This document shows, one piece after another, positions 20,950 to 31,128 of a stretch of 64,000 nucleotides of DNA. Made by a program: the position numbers and the translations under genes. Each line of letters starts with the position of its first letter. Position 1 is the first letter of the stretch. Source of the DNA: Thermovirgaceae bacterium (GTDB lineage: Bacteria > Synergistota > Synergistia > Synergistales > Thermovirgaceae); NCBI GenBank assembly GCA_040767805.1, contig JAXGNU010000003.1:96001-160000 (forward strand). Reading direction: 5' to 3'. A model generated the notes under the pieces. That model did no database searches and was not told the origin of the DNA. It worked only from the letters and a program-made list of their open reading frames with translations.

Positions 20950-22662
20950 CTACCCCTTGACGACCGTGACAAGGACCCTCACCACCGGCGGAGTTCTCAG
21001 GTGCTTTTTAAGCACGTTCCTGACCCTGCTCCTCACCTTCTGGGCGACCCTCTGCTCACCCTCACCCATCCTGCCGGTGGGCCTTTCAAGGGTTCTCTCG
21101 ATCTCGCGAACGAGGTCGTTCTTAATCTGCTGCGCGTCGTCCATGTGAAGGAACCCTATGCTCTCGATAATGGGGTCGGCCGCGAGGCGGAGCTCACCGT
21201 CAAGGGCCAGCGATACCACCACTATCCCTTCCTCGGAGATCTCCAGCCTCTCCTTGAGGAGGCTGTTCTGCATCTCGCCCAGGACCATGCCGTCGACCAG
21301 GATATCACCCGAAGGGACGGCACCCCTCCGCACCTGGGCCCCGCTGTCGTCGAGGCCGAGCACATCGCCGTTTTGGAGCACAAAGGTGTTTTTCTGTGGG
21401 ATATCCATCTCCTGGGCCAACTGGGCGTGCCTGACGAGGTGCCGGTACTCCCCGTGGAGGGGGACGAAGTACCTGGGCCTCACGATACTGAGCATCATTT
21501 TAAGCTCTTCCCTCGCCGCGTGTCCCGAGACGTGGACCTCCTGGTCGCGGTCGTAGACCACCTCGCACCCGCACTCGAAAAGGCGGTTGATCGTCCTGCT
21601 GACGAGCCGTTCATTCCCGGGGATGGGCGTGGCGAAGACCGCCACCAGGTCGCCGGGGCCGAGGTTTACGAAACGATGCTCGCCCTTGCTCATCCTCACG
21701 AGGCCCGAGAAGGGCTCGCCTTGGCTGCCGGTGGTCAGGACGATCAGTTTTTTGTCGGGCACCTGGCCCGCGTCCTCCATGGGGACGAGGATGTCCCTGT
21801 CGGCATCGATGTAGCCCAAGTCCATGGCGAGGTTCACGTTCTGGATCATGCTCCTCCCCATCAGGGCCACCTTCCTGTTGAACTTGGAAGCGGCTTGGAG
21901 TATCTGCTGGGACCTGTGAAGGTTGGTGGAAAAGGCGGCTATGATGACCCTCTTGTTCCGGTGGAGCTGTAAAAGCCTCTCCAGGGTCCTGCCGATGATC
22001 CTCTCCGATTGGGTAAAGCCCGGCCTCTCCACGTTCGTCGAATCCGACAGCATCAACAGCACACCCTTGCTGCCGAAATCGGCGAAAGCCGAATAGTCCG
22101 TTATCCTCCCATCCACGGGGGTGGGGTCCAGTTTGAAGTCACCCGTATGGATGACCGTTCCGACGGGCGTCTCCACGGCAAGGCCCACCCCGTCGGGGAT
22201 CGAGTGGCAGACCGACAAGAAGGTCACCTCGAAGCACCCCAGGGTGCATTTCTCCCCCGATTGGACCTCGATCGAGCGGGGCTTGTAGTCCGGACAGGAA
22301 TCCTGGAACTTGGCGTCCACCATGGCCAGCGTGAGCTTCGTCCCGTAAAGGGGTACATCTATCCTGGGGAGGATGAAGGGCAGGCCGCCGATATGGTCTT
22401 CGTGGCCGTGGGTGAGCACAAGACCCCGAATTCTATCCTGGTTCTCGAAGAGGTATGAGGCGTCGGGGATCACGAAATCTATGCCCAGCATCTCCTCGTC
22501 GGGGAACATCAGGCCGCAGTCCACAACGACCATGTCCTCGCCATATTCGAGGACGAACATGTTCTTGCCGATCTGGCCCAGGCCCCCCAGGGGGATGAAG
22601 CGGAGCTCATCCCTGGCGGGGCTCTTCCTCCCGCGCTTTCCGCCCGGGGCTTTTGACGACAT
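20950..22662 (-). CDS. rnj: Ribonuclease J
   Basis: PLGGLGQIGKNM, THGHEDHIG, HSIPD, TGDFK, HVSGH, PLHGE motifs. Confidence 0.95.
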   Translation of the reverse strand: MSSKAPGGKRGRKSPARDELRFIPLGGLGQIGKNMFVLEYGEDMVVVDCGLMFPDEEMLGIDFVIPDASYLFENQDRIRGLVLTHGHEDHIGGLPFILPRIDVPLYGTKLTLAMVDAKFQDSCPDYKPRSIEVQSGEKCTLGCFEVTFLSVCHSIPDGVGLAVETPVGTVIHTGDFKLDPTPVDGRITDYSAFADFGSKGVLLMLSDSTNVERPGFTQSERIIGRTLERLLQLHRNKRVIIAAFSTNLHRSQQILQAASKFNRKVALMGRSMIQNVNLAMDLGYIDADRDILVPMEDAGQVPDKKLIVLTTGSQGEPFSGLVRMSKGEHRFVNLGPGDLVAVFATPIPGNERLVSRTINRLFECGCEVVYDRDQEVHVSGHAAREELKMMLSIVRPRYFVPLHGEYRHLVRHAQLAQEMDIPQKNTFVLQNGDVLGLDDSGAQVRRGAVPSGDILVDGMVLGEMQNSLLKERLEISEEGIVVVSLALDGELRLAADPIIESIGFLHMDDAQQIKNDLVREIERTLERPTGRMGEGEQRVAQKVRSRVRNVLKKHLRTPPVVRVLVTVVKG

Positions 22663-22781
22663 CAATACACCTCCGGCTCAGCCGCCTTGGCCCTGCAGCG
22701 GCTAATGGCTCGGCGCGACAAAACTGCCCGGGTCAAGGCAGGCGTCCGGAAAGGTTCCAGGTGCGGCCGGCCCGCCCGGTT

Positions 22782-24050
22782 TCAATCGCTGAAATCCTGG
22801 GCCTTCTCACCCGCCCCCGCGCGATCGGGGGAAGCGGCTTCCGTGAAATCCTTCCTGGAAGCGATGACCGCCTGCTCAGGAGCGGCGTTGTGATCGGTTC
22901 GTCTTGAAATGACCTCCAGCAACGCGTCGGCGCCGTCCTCTGCGTGGAAGGCCTTGATGAACCTCCTCGCCCATTCAGCGGTCTCGTCGACTATCCTCGC
23001 ATGGATCCTCTCGGGAAGGGCCATGATGGCATCGTGGAAAGGCTTGTTGGCTTTCTTGTAGTCGCCGGACTTGCGGGAATACCCCTGACCGTCGGCCCAC
23101 CGCACCATGTCGTCCCAAAGTTCCCTGGGGATGCCCCTGCCGGGGTCCTTGATGTACGTACCGTCCTTGACGACGGCGTTGCCCGTTTCGGGGTCCATCT
23201 CCAGTCCGAAGACGATGTTCTGCCAGAGGGTGCCCACGTTGCCCTTGTTTATCCCGAACTGGGAAAACCGGGACACTTTGTCGAGGGGGGTCCCGGAGAT
23301 CCCGTGTTGGGCTATGGTCACGCCGTAGGGCGCGACGGCCTCCGCGATCTCCCCCGTCCGCTTGAGGTCGATCCCCTCGGCCTCTCCTGCGGTGCTGTCA
23401 TAGGTCCCATGCTTGCTCCCGTTGGAGATGGCCAAAAAGTCGGGGAAAACCCTCCAGGAGTTCAGCCCCCCTATGAAAAACAGGGCCTCCTCCACCGTGG
23501 TCAGTTCGCCCGGTCCCTTGATCTCCCCCACCTCGACCTCCAGGCCCAGGTAGGCCGGGACGTGCATCGCCACGTCCCTGGTGAAGCAGAGGTTTTCCCA
23601 GTCCGGGTTATGGGAGGCATCGATGGCCACCGATGTCCAACCCGACTCGACCAGTTTCCTCAAGTGGGGGATGGACTTCAGGAGGTCTTCCCTGGACTTG
23701 ATGGCGTAATGGTCCACGTGAAGTCCGAAGGGGACCCCTCCGCCCAGCTCGCTGGAGTACTGAAGGGCCAGTTGGGGCACGTTCTCGAAGGTGCAACCGC
23801 AGTACGTGCTTTCCGACTTGGCCAGTTCCAGCAACACGAAAGCGTTGAGATCCCTGGCCGCCATCAGGACGCCCTTTATCGTCAGGGGATTGCGCACGTT
23901 CGCGGCGAGGACGATGGAATCCGTCCTCCTGGCCGCCGCCGCGATGTCCCTCCCGCTTACCAGGGCCACGGGTTCACCGCCGAAAACGGCCTGGACGTTG
24001 AGGGGCCGTTTCTCGAGCAGTTCACGGAAAGACCTGCTGCTTTGATCCAT
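22782..24050 (-). CDS. Class II fructose-bisphosphate aldolase family protein
   Basis: HVDH, DASH, EVEVGEI, GSKHG, QHGISG, KGNVGT motifs; start ATG at 24050 after GGAGGT. Confidence 0.85.
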   Translation of the reverse strand: MDQSSRSFRELLEKRPLNVQAVFGGEPVALVSGRDIAAAARRTDSIVLAANVRNPLTIKGVLMAARDLNAFVLLELAKSESTYCGCTFENVPQLALQYSSELGGGVPFGLHVDHYAIKSREDLLKSIPHLRKLVESGWTSVAIDASHNPDWENLCFTRDVAMHVPAYLGLEVEVGEIKGPGELTTVEEALFFIGGLNSWRVFPDFLAISNGSKHGTYDSTAGEAEGIDLKRTGEIAEAVAPYGVTIAQHGISGTPLDKVSRFSQFGINKGNVGTLWQNIVFGLEMDPETGNAVVKDGTYIKDPGRGIPRELWDDMVRWADGQGYSRKSGDYKKANKPFHDAIMALPERIHARIVDETAEWARRFIKAFHAEDGADALLEVISRRTDHNAAPEQAVIASRKDFTEAASPDRAGAGEKAQDFSD

Positions 24051-24209
24051 TTCAGAACACCTCCCGGTAATATCCGCATACATTGTACAATGAAGAGGGC
24101 TCCCTGTTCACGCGGACCGGCCCGGCCTTTTTCCAGTTCCTTTACCTTTGACGTTGACGGTTTCGCTTGACCCGTGATAATATAACCGGCGCGCTACGGG
24201 AACGATCCT

Positions 24210-24284
24210 TGGGGGATCGTCTAATCGGCAGGACGCTTGACTCTGGATCAAGAAGTCGGGGTTCGAGTCCCTGTCCCCCAGCCA
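24210..24284 (+). tRNA. tRNA-Gln (CTG)
   Basis: TGGGGGA/TCCCCCA acceptor, CTTGA-CTCTGGA-TCAAG anticodon arm, GGTTCGAG, CCA. Confidence 0.95.
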
Positions 24285-24296
24285 AAATCCATGGAA

Positions 24297-24372
24297 GGCC
24301 CCATCGTCTAGTGGTCTAGGACCCAGGGTTCTCAGTCCTGTAACACGGGTTCGAATCCCGTTGGGGCTGCCA
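24297..24372 (+). tRNA. tRNA-Glu (CTC)
   Basis: GGCCCCA/TGGGGCT acceptor, CAGGG-TTCTCAG-TCCTG anticodon arm, GGTTCGAA, CCA. Confidence 0.95.
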
Positions 24373-24381
24373 AAAATCTCG

Positions 24382-24415
24382 AGGCGGACCTCTTTTTTTG
24401 AGGGGTCCGCCTTTT
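24382..24415. terminator. Terminator between the tRNAs and convergent rtcB
   Basis: AGGCGGACC...GGTCCGCCT followed by TTT. Confidence 0.65.
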
Positions 24416-25590
24416 CATTCGGGTGCCTTCAGGTTATACACCGGCCGGAGCAATGCCGATACTTCCACGGCTTCGCCGACTTCTTCCCGGATGTCCTCCC
24501 ACCTCTTGTAGGCCATGGGGGACTCGTCGATGGTCTCCTTGAGGACCGACGTGGAAAAAACACCTTCCATGCTCTTCCTGAAGGACCCCATCGTGATGGA
24601 ACCTTCCTTCAGCCTGCGCTTCATTTCCTTGCGGCTGAAGAGGCGTCCCGCCCCGTGGGGGGCCGAAAAGTTGTAGTCCGGGTTCCCCTTCCCGACGCCG
24701 AGGATGATCCCCGCGGCCATGTTCAGGGGGATGACCAGCCTTTCGCCCTTGTGGGCCGAGATGGCGCCCTTTCTCACGATGCCGTCCTTCTCGCTGATGT
24801 AGTTATGGACGCTCTCTACAAGGGTGTCCTCGTTCAACTTCAGGCCGAAGAAGGAGAGGATCCTGTCGGCGATGATGAAACGGTTCAGGCCGGCGTACTC
24901 TTGGGCGATCCGAAGCCACTTCAGGTACTCGCTGCCTCCCTTATCGAGGGGGAGGTGCTCCAGGCCGCGGGGAAGGCCGGGGGATCCCTCGGCCCCGGCC
25001 TGGTAGCGCCGGGCCATGCCCTGGAAAAAACCGGCCACCTGGAAGCCGAAATGACGGCTGCCGGTGTGCACCGCGAGGAATAGCGCCCCCTCGGGGTCTT
25101 CATTGATCTCGATAAAGTGATTCCCGCCCCCGAGGGTCCCCAGCTGGCTCCAAGCGGGGCCTTTCGGCCGCCGTGCGAGGAATTTCCCATAAAAGCCCTC
25201 ATCGGCGAGCTCGCCCAGTTCCCTTGCCCTGGCCCCCCGGCCGGGGAAACGGGACTCGAACCAGTCGAGCATCGCCGGGCTCCGGTGGCGGGTCTTCCCC
25301 AGGGGGATGCTGCCCCGAATGAACCCGTCGAGGGCGGCGAAGTCCACGTCCCCTTTCTTCACTCCCTCGAGGGGCGCGAGGAGGACGCCGCAGCCGATGT
25401 CAACGCCGACCACGTTGGGTATGACAGCATCCTTGAACCTACCGGTGAAACCGATGACGCATCCGGCCCCCAGGTGGCAGTCGGGCATGATGGCCACCAG
25501 GCCGTCGACGGCCGGATGAGCGGCGATGTCCCTTATCTGGGCCATCGTGGGCTCATCCACGTCCCTGGCATGGATCACCAGTTCTGTCAT
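24415..25590 (-). CDS. rtcB: RtcB family RNA 3'-phosphate/5'-OH ligase
   Basis: PDCHLG, VGVDIGCG, LGGGNHFIE, HTGSR, HNY, HGAGR all present; start moved to MTELVI after GGAG. Confidence 0.92.
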   Translation of the reverse strand: MTELVIHARDVDEPTMAQIRDIAAHPAVDGLVAIMPDCHLGAGCVIGFTGRFKDAVIPNVVGVDIGCGVLLAPLEGVKKGDVDFAALDGFIRGSIPLGKTRHRSPAMLDWFESRFPGRGARARELGELADEGFYGKFLARRPKGPAWSQLGTLGGGNHFIEINEDPEGALFLAVHTGSRHFGFQVAGFFQGMARRYQAGAEGSPGLPRGLEHLPLDKGGSEYLKWLRIAQEYAGLNRFIIADRILSFFGLKLNEDTLVESVHNYISEKDGIVRKGAISAHKGERLVIPLNMAAGIILGVGKGNPDYNFSAPHGAGRLFSRKEMKRRLKEGSITMGSFRKSMEGVFSTSVLKETIDESPMAYKRWEDIREEVGEAVEVSALLRPVYNLKAPE

Positions 25591-25684
25591 GACAACCACT
25601 CCAATATTGGTTTTCAAGGTCGCAAAAAATTGCCCCGTTACATGATAACATCTGTAGGCCAGCAAAAAGGACGGTGGAGACTGC

Positions 25685-26488
25685 ATGGACCCAGAGGAAC
25701 GGGTGACGGCGCCTTCAGCGACCGGGACCCCCTGCTTCGCTTTCATGGGCGACCTTCTGCTCTTGAGGACGGAACCGTCGGTCGTACTGCCGGTTTGGGA
25801 GGATGTCGCGGGGCTTCCCCTCTCGGGGCGGAGCCCGGGTTCCTGGATGACGGGGCGGCCCGGGAACTGCTGGGCCTCCCTGGTAGAAGATACGCCCCCG
25901 CCTGAGGGCATGAGCTTCGTAACCCTGAGGGATATCTGGTCCCTCATGGGAGAGCGCGCTTTCTTAGAGGCCGGGAGGGCCTTCCAGATCATGGAATGGT
26001 CCCAGCGCAACCGCTTCTGCGGACGCTGCGCAACCCCCATGATCGAGGCCGAGAACGAGACGGCCCTGGAGTGTCCCGCCTGCGGGTTGATAAGTTACCC
26101 CGCGGTCACCCCCGCGATCATCGTCGCCGTGGAAAAGGAGGGACGGCTGCTCCTGGCCAGGAATACCCGTTTCCCCAAGGGCAGGTACAGCGTCATCGCC
26201 GGTTTCGTCGAACCCGGTGAGACCCTCGAGGGAGCCGTGGAGAGGGAGGTCATGGAGGAGGTCTCCATCAGGGTGAAGAACATCACCTATTTTGGGAGCC
26301 AGCCCTGGCCCTTCCCCCACTCGATGATGATCGGCTTTCGCGCAGAGTGGGGGTCGGGGGAGATCAGGGCTGACGGCAACGAAATCGAGAGCGCGGGATG
26401 GTACTCCCCTGAAGATTTTCCCGATATACCCCCGGGCTTCAGCATTTCAAGGAGGCTCATCGACGACTTCCTGGCCAGGCATGCCTGA
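25685..26488 (+). CDS. nudC: NAD(+) diphosphatase NudC
   Basis: FCGRC...CPAC zinc finger, Nudix box GFVEPGETLEGAVEREVMEEV, SQPWPFP. Confidence 0.93.
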   Translation: MDPEERVTAPSATGTPCFAFMGDLLLLRTEPSVVLPVWEDVAGLPLSGRSPGSWMTGRPGNCWASLVEDTPPPEGMSFVTLRDIWSLMGERAFLEAGRAFQIMEWSQRNRFCGRCATPMIEAENETALECPACGLISYPAVTPAIIVAVEKEGRLLLARNTRFPKGRYSVIAGFVEPGETLEGAVEREVMEEVSIRVKNITYFGSQPWPFPHSMMIGFRAEWGSGEIRADGNEIESAGWYSPEDFPDIPPGFSISRRLIDDFLARHA

Positions 26489-26511
26489 GGGGAAGCGCTC
26501 CCACGGGAAGA

Positions 26512-26931
26512 TCAGTTCTTGGGCTTCCCCTTGCGGAGTTCTTCCTCCCAGGTGATCAGGGAATGGTAGTAGATGCGGTCGCCGTCATCGTCCAGCCCCC
26601 TGGTGAGTTCGCTGATATGGGTGTGCCCCGCTTGGACCCTCTCCAGGACGTGGCTAACGGCCTGTTCCGGTATGCTCTCCGCCCCGCAGGTATAAATATC
26701 CAGGGCGAGGTACCGCGCTTCCGGCCACGTGTGCACCGACAGGTGGGATTCACTGATCACCACGACCCCGCTGACCCCATTGGGCGGGAACCGGTGGAAG
26801 GAAACCGCCCAGACGTGGGTGTTGGCCTTCCGCGCGGCCTCGACGAGGATTTCCTGCATCCTGTCGACTTCGCCGATGACGTCGCTGCAACCTGAAGCCT
26901 CGACAATATAGTGGATCCCCCTAGGGTCCAT
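26512..26931 (-). CDS. speD: S-adenosylmethionine decarboxylase proenzyme
   Basis: GVSGVVVISESHLSVHTWPE and DIYTCG motifs. Confidence 0.92.
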   Translation of the reverse strand: MDPRGIHYIVEASGCSDVIGEVDRMQEILVEAARKANTHVWAVSFHRFPPNGVSGVVVISESHLSVHTWPEARYLALDIYTCGAESIPEQAVSHVLERVQAGHTHISELTRGLDDDGDRIYYHSLITWEEELRKGKPKN

Positions 26932-26977
26932 TGCTTCTCCTTCCCGGGATGCTCTCCCTCGAATTAGTTCAAAAAAC

Positions 26978-28249
26978 CTAGAAATAATACCCTTTTTGCA
27001 GTTCCGGGTACAGTGGGAAGGACCCGGCGAGATCCCTGACCTTCACGGCAACCCGGTCCATCGCCGACCGGTCTTGGCTTTCCGAGAGCGCGACGTCGAT
27101 TATCTCGGCCACGAGGGCCATCTCCTTCTCCTTCATGCCCCTGGTGGTGAGCGCCGGGGTGCCGAGCCTGATTCCGCTGGTCACCATGGGCTTCTCGGGA
27201 TCAAAGGGTATCATATTTTTGTTCACCGTGATACCCACCCGGCCCAGTATGTCCGTGGCCTCCTTACCGGTGAGACCCTTGCCCCGGAGGTCCAGGAGCA
27301 ACATGTGGTTATCCGTTCCTCCCGCGACCAGCCTGTACCCCCTGGCACCCAGCTCCGCGGCCAGGGTTTTCGCGTTTTTGACGATCTGCGCGGCGTATTC
27401 CTTGAACTCGGGCCTCATGGCCATCAGGAAACAGGTGGCCTTTCCCGCGATGACCTGCATGAACGGTCCGCCCTGCATGCCTGGGAAGACATTGCGGTCC
27501 AGGTCGGCGGCGTACTTGCCCCGGCAAAGGATGAGGGCGCCTCGCGGCCCCCTCAAGGTCTTATGGGTAGTTGTAGTGACAAAATCCGAGTGCGGGACGG
27601 GATTGGGGTGGACGCCGCCGGCGACCAACCCCGCTATGTGGGCCATGTCGGCCATGAGGTAGGCTCCCACTTCCTCCGCGATATCACCGAAGCGTTCGAA
27701 ATCGATGAGGCGGGGGTAAGCGCTCGCCCCGGCGACGATCATCTTGGGCCTGTGCTCGCGGGCGAGCCTGGCCACCTCGTCGTAATCGATGGTCTCCCTT
27801 TCCCTGTCGACGCCATAGGGTATTATCCTGAAAAACCTTCCGGAAAAGTTCAGCGGGTGACCGTGGGAGAGGTGACCCCCCTGCGCCAGGTCCATGGCGA
27901 GGATGGAGTCGCCGGGTTCAAGGACGGTGAAATAGACGCCCATGTTGGCCTGGGTGCCCGAGTGGGGCTGGACGTTGGCGTGTTCGGCCCCGAAGAGTTC
28001 GCAGGCCCTTTTCGCGGCCAGTTCCTCGGCCGATTCGACGAACTCGCATCCGCCGTAGTACTTTTTATGGGGGTAACCCTCGGCGTACTTGTTGGTCAGC
28101 ACCGAACCCTGCGCCTGGAGCACGTAAGGGGGGACGAAATTCTCGGAAGCAATAAGTTCGAGGCCCTGCTTTTGTCTCAGGAATTCGGACTGGATAAGGG
28201 AATCTATCTCCGGGTCAGCGTCCTTCATAACCGACTTCATGATGTCCAA
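26978..28249 (-). CDS. glyA: Serine hydroxymethyltransferase
   Basis: [33 protein letters not shown] motifs; start is TTG 28249 or ATG 28240. Confidence 0.97.
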   Translation of the reverse strand: MDIMKSVMKDADPEIDSLIQSEFLRQKQGLELIASENFVPPYVLQAQGSVLTNKYAEGYPHKKYYGGCEFVESAEELAAKRACELFGAEHANVQPHSGTQANMGVYFTVLEPGDSILAMDLAQGGHLSHGHPLNFSGRFFRIIPYGVDRERETIDYDEVARLAREHRPKMIVAGASAYPRLIDFERFGDIAEEVGAYLMADMAHIAGLVAGGVHPNPVPHSDFVTTTTHKTLRGPRGALILCRGKYAADLDRNVFPGMQGGPFMQVIAGKATCFLMAMRPEFKEYAAQIVKNAKTLAAELGARGYRLVAGGTDNHMLLLDLRGKGLTGKEATDILGRVGITVNKNMIPFDPEKPMVTSGIRLGTPALTTRGMKEKEMALVAEIIDVALSESQDRSAMDRVAVKVRDLAGSFPLYPELQKGYYF

Positions 28250-28329
28250 AACAGCCCATCCCCTTTCATAAGGTAGGTCGACCTTTTTCTTCGGTGGGCC
28301 AATATTATACCCCCAGGTCAAACCCTTGG

Positions 28330-30246
28330 TCAGGCGATGCTTCCCCGTCCCCGGACCGGGTCGAACTGCCTCTGCAGGAGGACCTCGAAAGCCGAAAGGT
28401 CCATGGTGCCCAGGTCCCCCGCGGCACGGTCCCTGACGGAGAGGGTCACGTTCTCCACCTCCCTGGAGCCGATGACCACCATGTAGGGAATCTTTTCCAC
28501 CTGGGCGTCACGGATCTTCTTGCCCAATTTCTCGTCCCTGGCGTCCTTCTCCACCCTGTACCCGAGGCCCTTGAGCCTCGACTCCACCTCGGTGGCGTAG
28601 GGCGCGTGTTCCTCCTTCACCGGCACGATCCTGACCTGTACCGGGGAGAGCCAGAAGGGGAAGGCCCCGGCGTAGTGCTCGATGAGTATCCCCATGAATC
28701 TCTCGAGGCTCCCCAGGATCGTCCTGTGGAGCATGACGGGGCGATGCTCGCTCCCGTCGGGACCGATGTAGGTCATATCGAATTTTTCGGGCATCTGGAA
28801 GTCGAGCTGGATCGTGCCGCACTGCCACGTCCTCCCGATGCAGTCCTCGAGGTGGAAGTCGATCTTTGGGCCGTAGAACGCCCCGTCGCCCGGGTTAAGG
28901 CGGAAGGGCACGCCGAACTCCTCCAGGGCTTCCTGCAGGGCCTTTTCGGCCTTCTCCCACATGATGGGGTCTCCCATGGCCTTCTCGGGCCTGGTGGACA
29001 GCTCCACGCGGTAGGAGAAACCGAACACATCCTTGTAGATGAACCTGACCAGGTCCATGATGCCGATTATCTCCTGCTTGATCTGCCCCGGCGTCACGTA
29101 GAGGTGGGCGTCGTCCTGGGTGAAGGACCTGACCCTCATAAGCCCGTGGAGGACGCCCGAGCGCTCATGCCGATGGACGGTGCCCAGTTCGGCGACCCTC
29201 ATGGGGAAATCTCGGTAACTCCTTATCCTGCTCTTGTAGACCAGTATCCCCCCCGGGCAGTTCATCGGCTTTACCGCGAAGGGCCGTCCGTCGATCTCGG
29301 TGAAGTACATGTTTTCGCGGTAGTGGTCCCAGTGCCCCGACCTCACCCACAACTCCTGGTCAAGGATGAGGGGGGTTCTTATCTCTGAGTAGCCCCTTCG
29401 GGCATGCTCCGCCCGCCAGAACTCCACGAGCCGGTTTATGACCACCGTGCCCTTGGGGTGGAAGAAGGGGAACCCCGGGCCCTCTTCCTGGATGCTGAAA
29501 AGGTCCAGTTCTTTTCCCAGCTTCCGGTGATCCCTGCGTTTCGCCTCCTCGACCCTGTTGATGTAGTCCTGGAGCGCCTCGGCGGTGTCGAAGGCGGTGC
29601 CGTACACCCTGGTCAGCATGATGTTCTTCTCGTCGCCCCGCCAGTAGGCCCCGGCCACGGAAAGAAGTTTGAAGTGCTTGAGTCTCGAGGTGGAGACCAC
29701 GTGGGGCCCCCGGCAGAGGTCGGCGAACTCCCCTTGCCGGTAGATCGAAATGAACTCGTCGGGTATCTCCGAGACCAGTTCCAGTTTGTAGACGGCGTCC
29801 CTTTCCCTGAAAAGGGCCATGGCTTTCTCTCTCGGGAGCAGGAGTCTTTCCACAGGGATATCCTCGGAGGCGATCCTCCTCATCTCATCCTCTATCCTGG
29901 GGAGGTCTTCCTCGGTCAGCGTGCCGGCAACCTCCATGTCGTAGTAGAAACCGTCCTGTATGGAAGGCCCGATACCTAGCCTTGTCCCTGGGAAAAGCCT
30001 CTGGACGGCCTGGGCCATGAGGTGCGACGTGGAATGCCTCAGGATGTCCAAGCCCTCCTGGCTTGAGGAGGAGATAGGCTCAATGAAGGAATCCTTTTCA
30101 ATGACGGCGGTGATATCGACCGGTTCCCCGTCGCTCCTGGCGGCGACGGAACTCTCTCCGAGACCCCATCGCGACAATACTTCCCCGGCCGATAGGGCCT
30201 CGGGGGAAAAAAGCTCCAATCCTTCTGGTCCAGCGTATTTGGGCAA
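28330..30246 (-). CDS. thrS: Threonine--tRNA ligase
   Basis: [39 protein letters not shown] motifs; likely TTG start after GGAGG. Confidence 0.97.
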   Translation of the reverse strand: MPKYAGPEGLELFSPEALSAGEVLSRWGLGESSVAARSDGEPVDITAVIEKDSFIEPISSSSQEGLDILRHSTSHLMAQAVQRLFPGTRLGIGPSIQDGFYYDMEVAGTLTEEDLPRIEDEMRRIASEDIPVERLLLPREKAMALFRERDAVYKLELVSEIPDEFISIYRQGEFADLCRGPHVVSTSRLKHFKLLSVAGAYWRGDEKNIMLTRVYGTAFDTAEALQDYINRVEEAKRRDHRKLGKELDLFSIQEEGPGFPFFHPKGTVVINRLVEFWRAEHARRGYSEIRTPLILDQELWVRSGHWDHYRENMYFTEIDGRPFAVKPMNCPGGILVYKSRIRSYRDFPMRVAELGTVHRHERSGVLHGLMRVRSFTQDDAHLYVTPGQIKQEIIGIMDLVRFIYKDVFGFSYRVELSTRPEKAMGDPIMWEKAEKALQEALEEFGVPFRLNPGDGAFYGPKIDFHLEDCIGRTWQCGTIQLDFQMPEKFDMTYIGPDGSEHRPVMLHRTILGSLERFMGILIEHYAGAFPFWLSPVQVRIVPVKEEHAPYATEVESRLKGLGYRVEKDARDEKLGKKIRDAQVEKIPYMVVIGSREVENVTLSVRDRAAGDLGTMDLSAFEVLLQRQFDPVRGRGSIA

Positions 30247-30358
30247 TGTCCAAGCCTCCATCCTTGGTAATGACCAACCGCTCCCGTTGAGGCAAAAGGG
30301 CCGGCGGGTTGCATTTTACAGCAGCAAGTCTCCGGGGTCATCCCTGTATGAAATGTAT

Positions 30359-30388
30359 ATAATATACAGCCCTCCCGGGTTTATGCAA
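30359..30388 (-). promoter_or_regulatory. Probable thrS promoter
   Basis: On the minus strand, TTGCAT followed 16 nt later by AT-rich TATATTAT. Confidence 0.45.
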
Positions 30389-30389
30389 C

Positions 30390-30565
30390 ATCCCTGGCCG
30401 CCCCTCCCTGAAGCCCGGCGAAGGCACAGCATCCTCCTTCGTAGGCTCCGGACAGGTCGACGGCCTACACCGGGAGGCACTGCTTTGAGGAAGACCGAAC
30501 TCGAGGAGGGATAACGGCGGGTCGGGGGTTCAACAGGATCATCATAACGGCCCTGGTCTTCGGCG
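30390..30565. ncRNA. Candidate structured RNA (6S-like or leader element), unassigned
   Basis: Nested inverted repeats GGCCG/CGGCC, TGAA.CCCGGC/GTCGGG..TTCA, GTAGGC/GCCTAC, GAAGACC/GGTCTTC in a region with no convincing ORF. Confidence 0.3.
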
Positions 30566-30635
30566 GCGCGGGCAGGCGCGTTCACGGGACCATGAAAGCC
30601 GCATCGAAAAAGCAGTCCTCCGACCGATAGGCAAA

Positions 30636-30670
30636 GAGCAGGGGCCGCCCCGAAGGAGCGGCCCCTGCTC
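30636..30670. terminator. Strong hairpin terminator after dut
   Basis: GAGCAGGGGCCGC-loop-GCGGCCCCTGCTC, 13-bp stem. Confidence 0.75.
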
Positions 30671-30681
30671 TCTATGGGGGA

Positions 30682-31128
30682 TCACTTTCCCGTGCTTCCG
30701 AAGCCTCCGCTCCCCCGCCCCGTCTCGCTCAGGAGGTCCTTTTCCGCCCATTCGACCCTGATCACCGGGGCGAGGACCATCTGGGCTATCCGGTCACCCC
30801 GCTCGATCTCGAAGGGGTTTTCGCCCAGGTTGACGAGGATGACCCTCACCTCGCCCCGGTAATCGGCGTCGATCGTCCCGGGCGTGTTCAGGACGGTCAC
30901 CCCGTGCTTAAGGGCCAGCCCGCTGCGGGGCCTGACCTGGCACTCGTACCCCTCGGGGATCTCGAGGCGGATGCCGGTCCCCACGGAAAGCCTGCCGCCT
31001 GGGGGGATGAGGGCGTCCTCGTTCGACCTGAGGTCGACCCCCGATGAGAGGGCCGTGGCGTAAGCGGGCAGGGCCACCCCCTCATCGACACGGAAGACGC
31101 CGACTCTCACCGTGCCCGGCATGGTCAC
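30682..31128 (-). CDS. dut: dUTP diphosphatase
   Basis: [39 protein letters not shown] motifs. Confidence 0.96.
   Translation of the reverse strand: MTMPGTVRVGVFRVDEGVALPAYATALSSGVDLRSNEDALIPPGGRLSVGTGIRLEIPEGYECQVRPRSGLALKHGVTVLNTPGTIDADYRGEVRVILVNLGENPFEIERGDRIAQMVLAPVIRVEWAEKDLLSETGRGSGGFGSTGK

Noticed and set aside
25591..26040. Long N-terminal extensions in the ORF track (rtcB to 26040, envC to 11499, rbsA from 43944, rbsC to 43343, metallophosphoesterase to 57392)
   Set aside because: They overlap neighbouring real genes; downstream starts with an RBS or homology-consistent N-termini fit better.
30262..30600. Canonical T-box riboswitch upstream of thrS
   Set aside because: CCGTTA boxes are present, but there is no GGTGGNACC T-box sequence, specifier loop or terminator/antiterminator pair.
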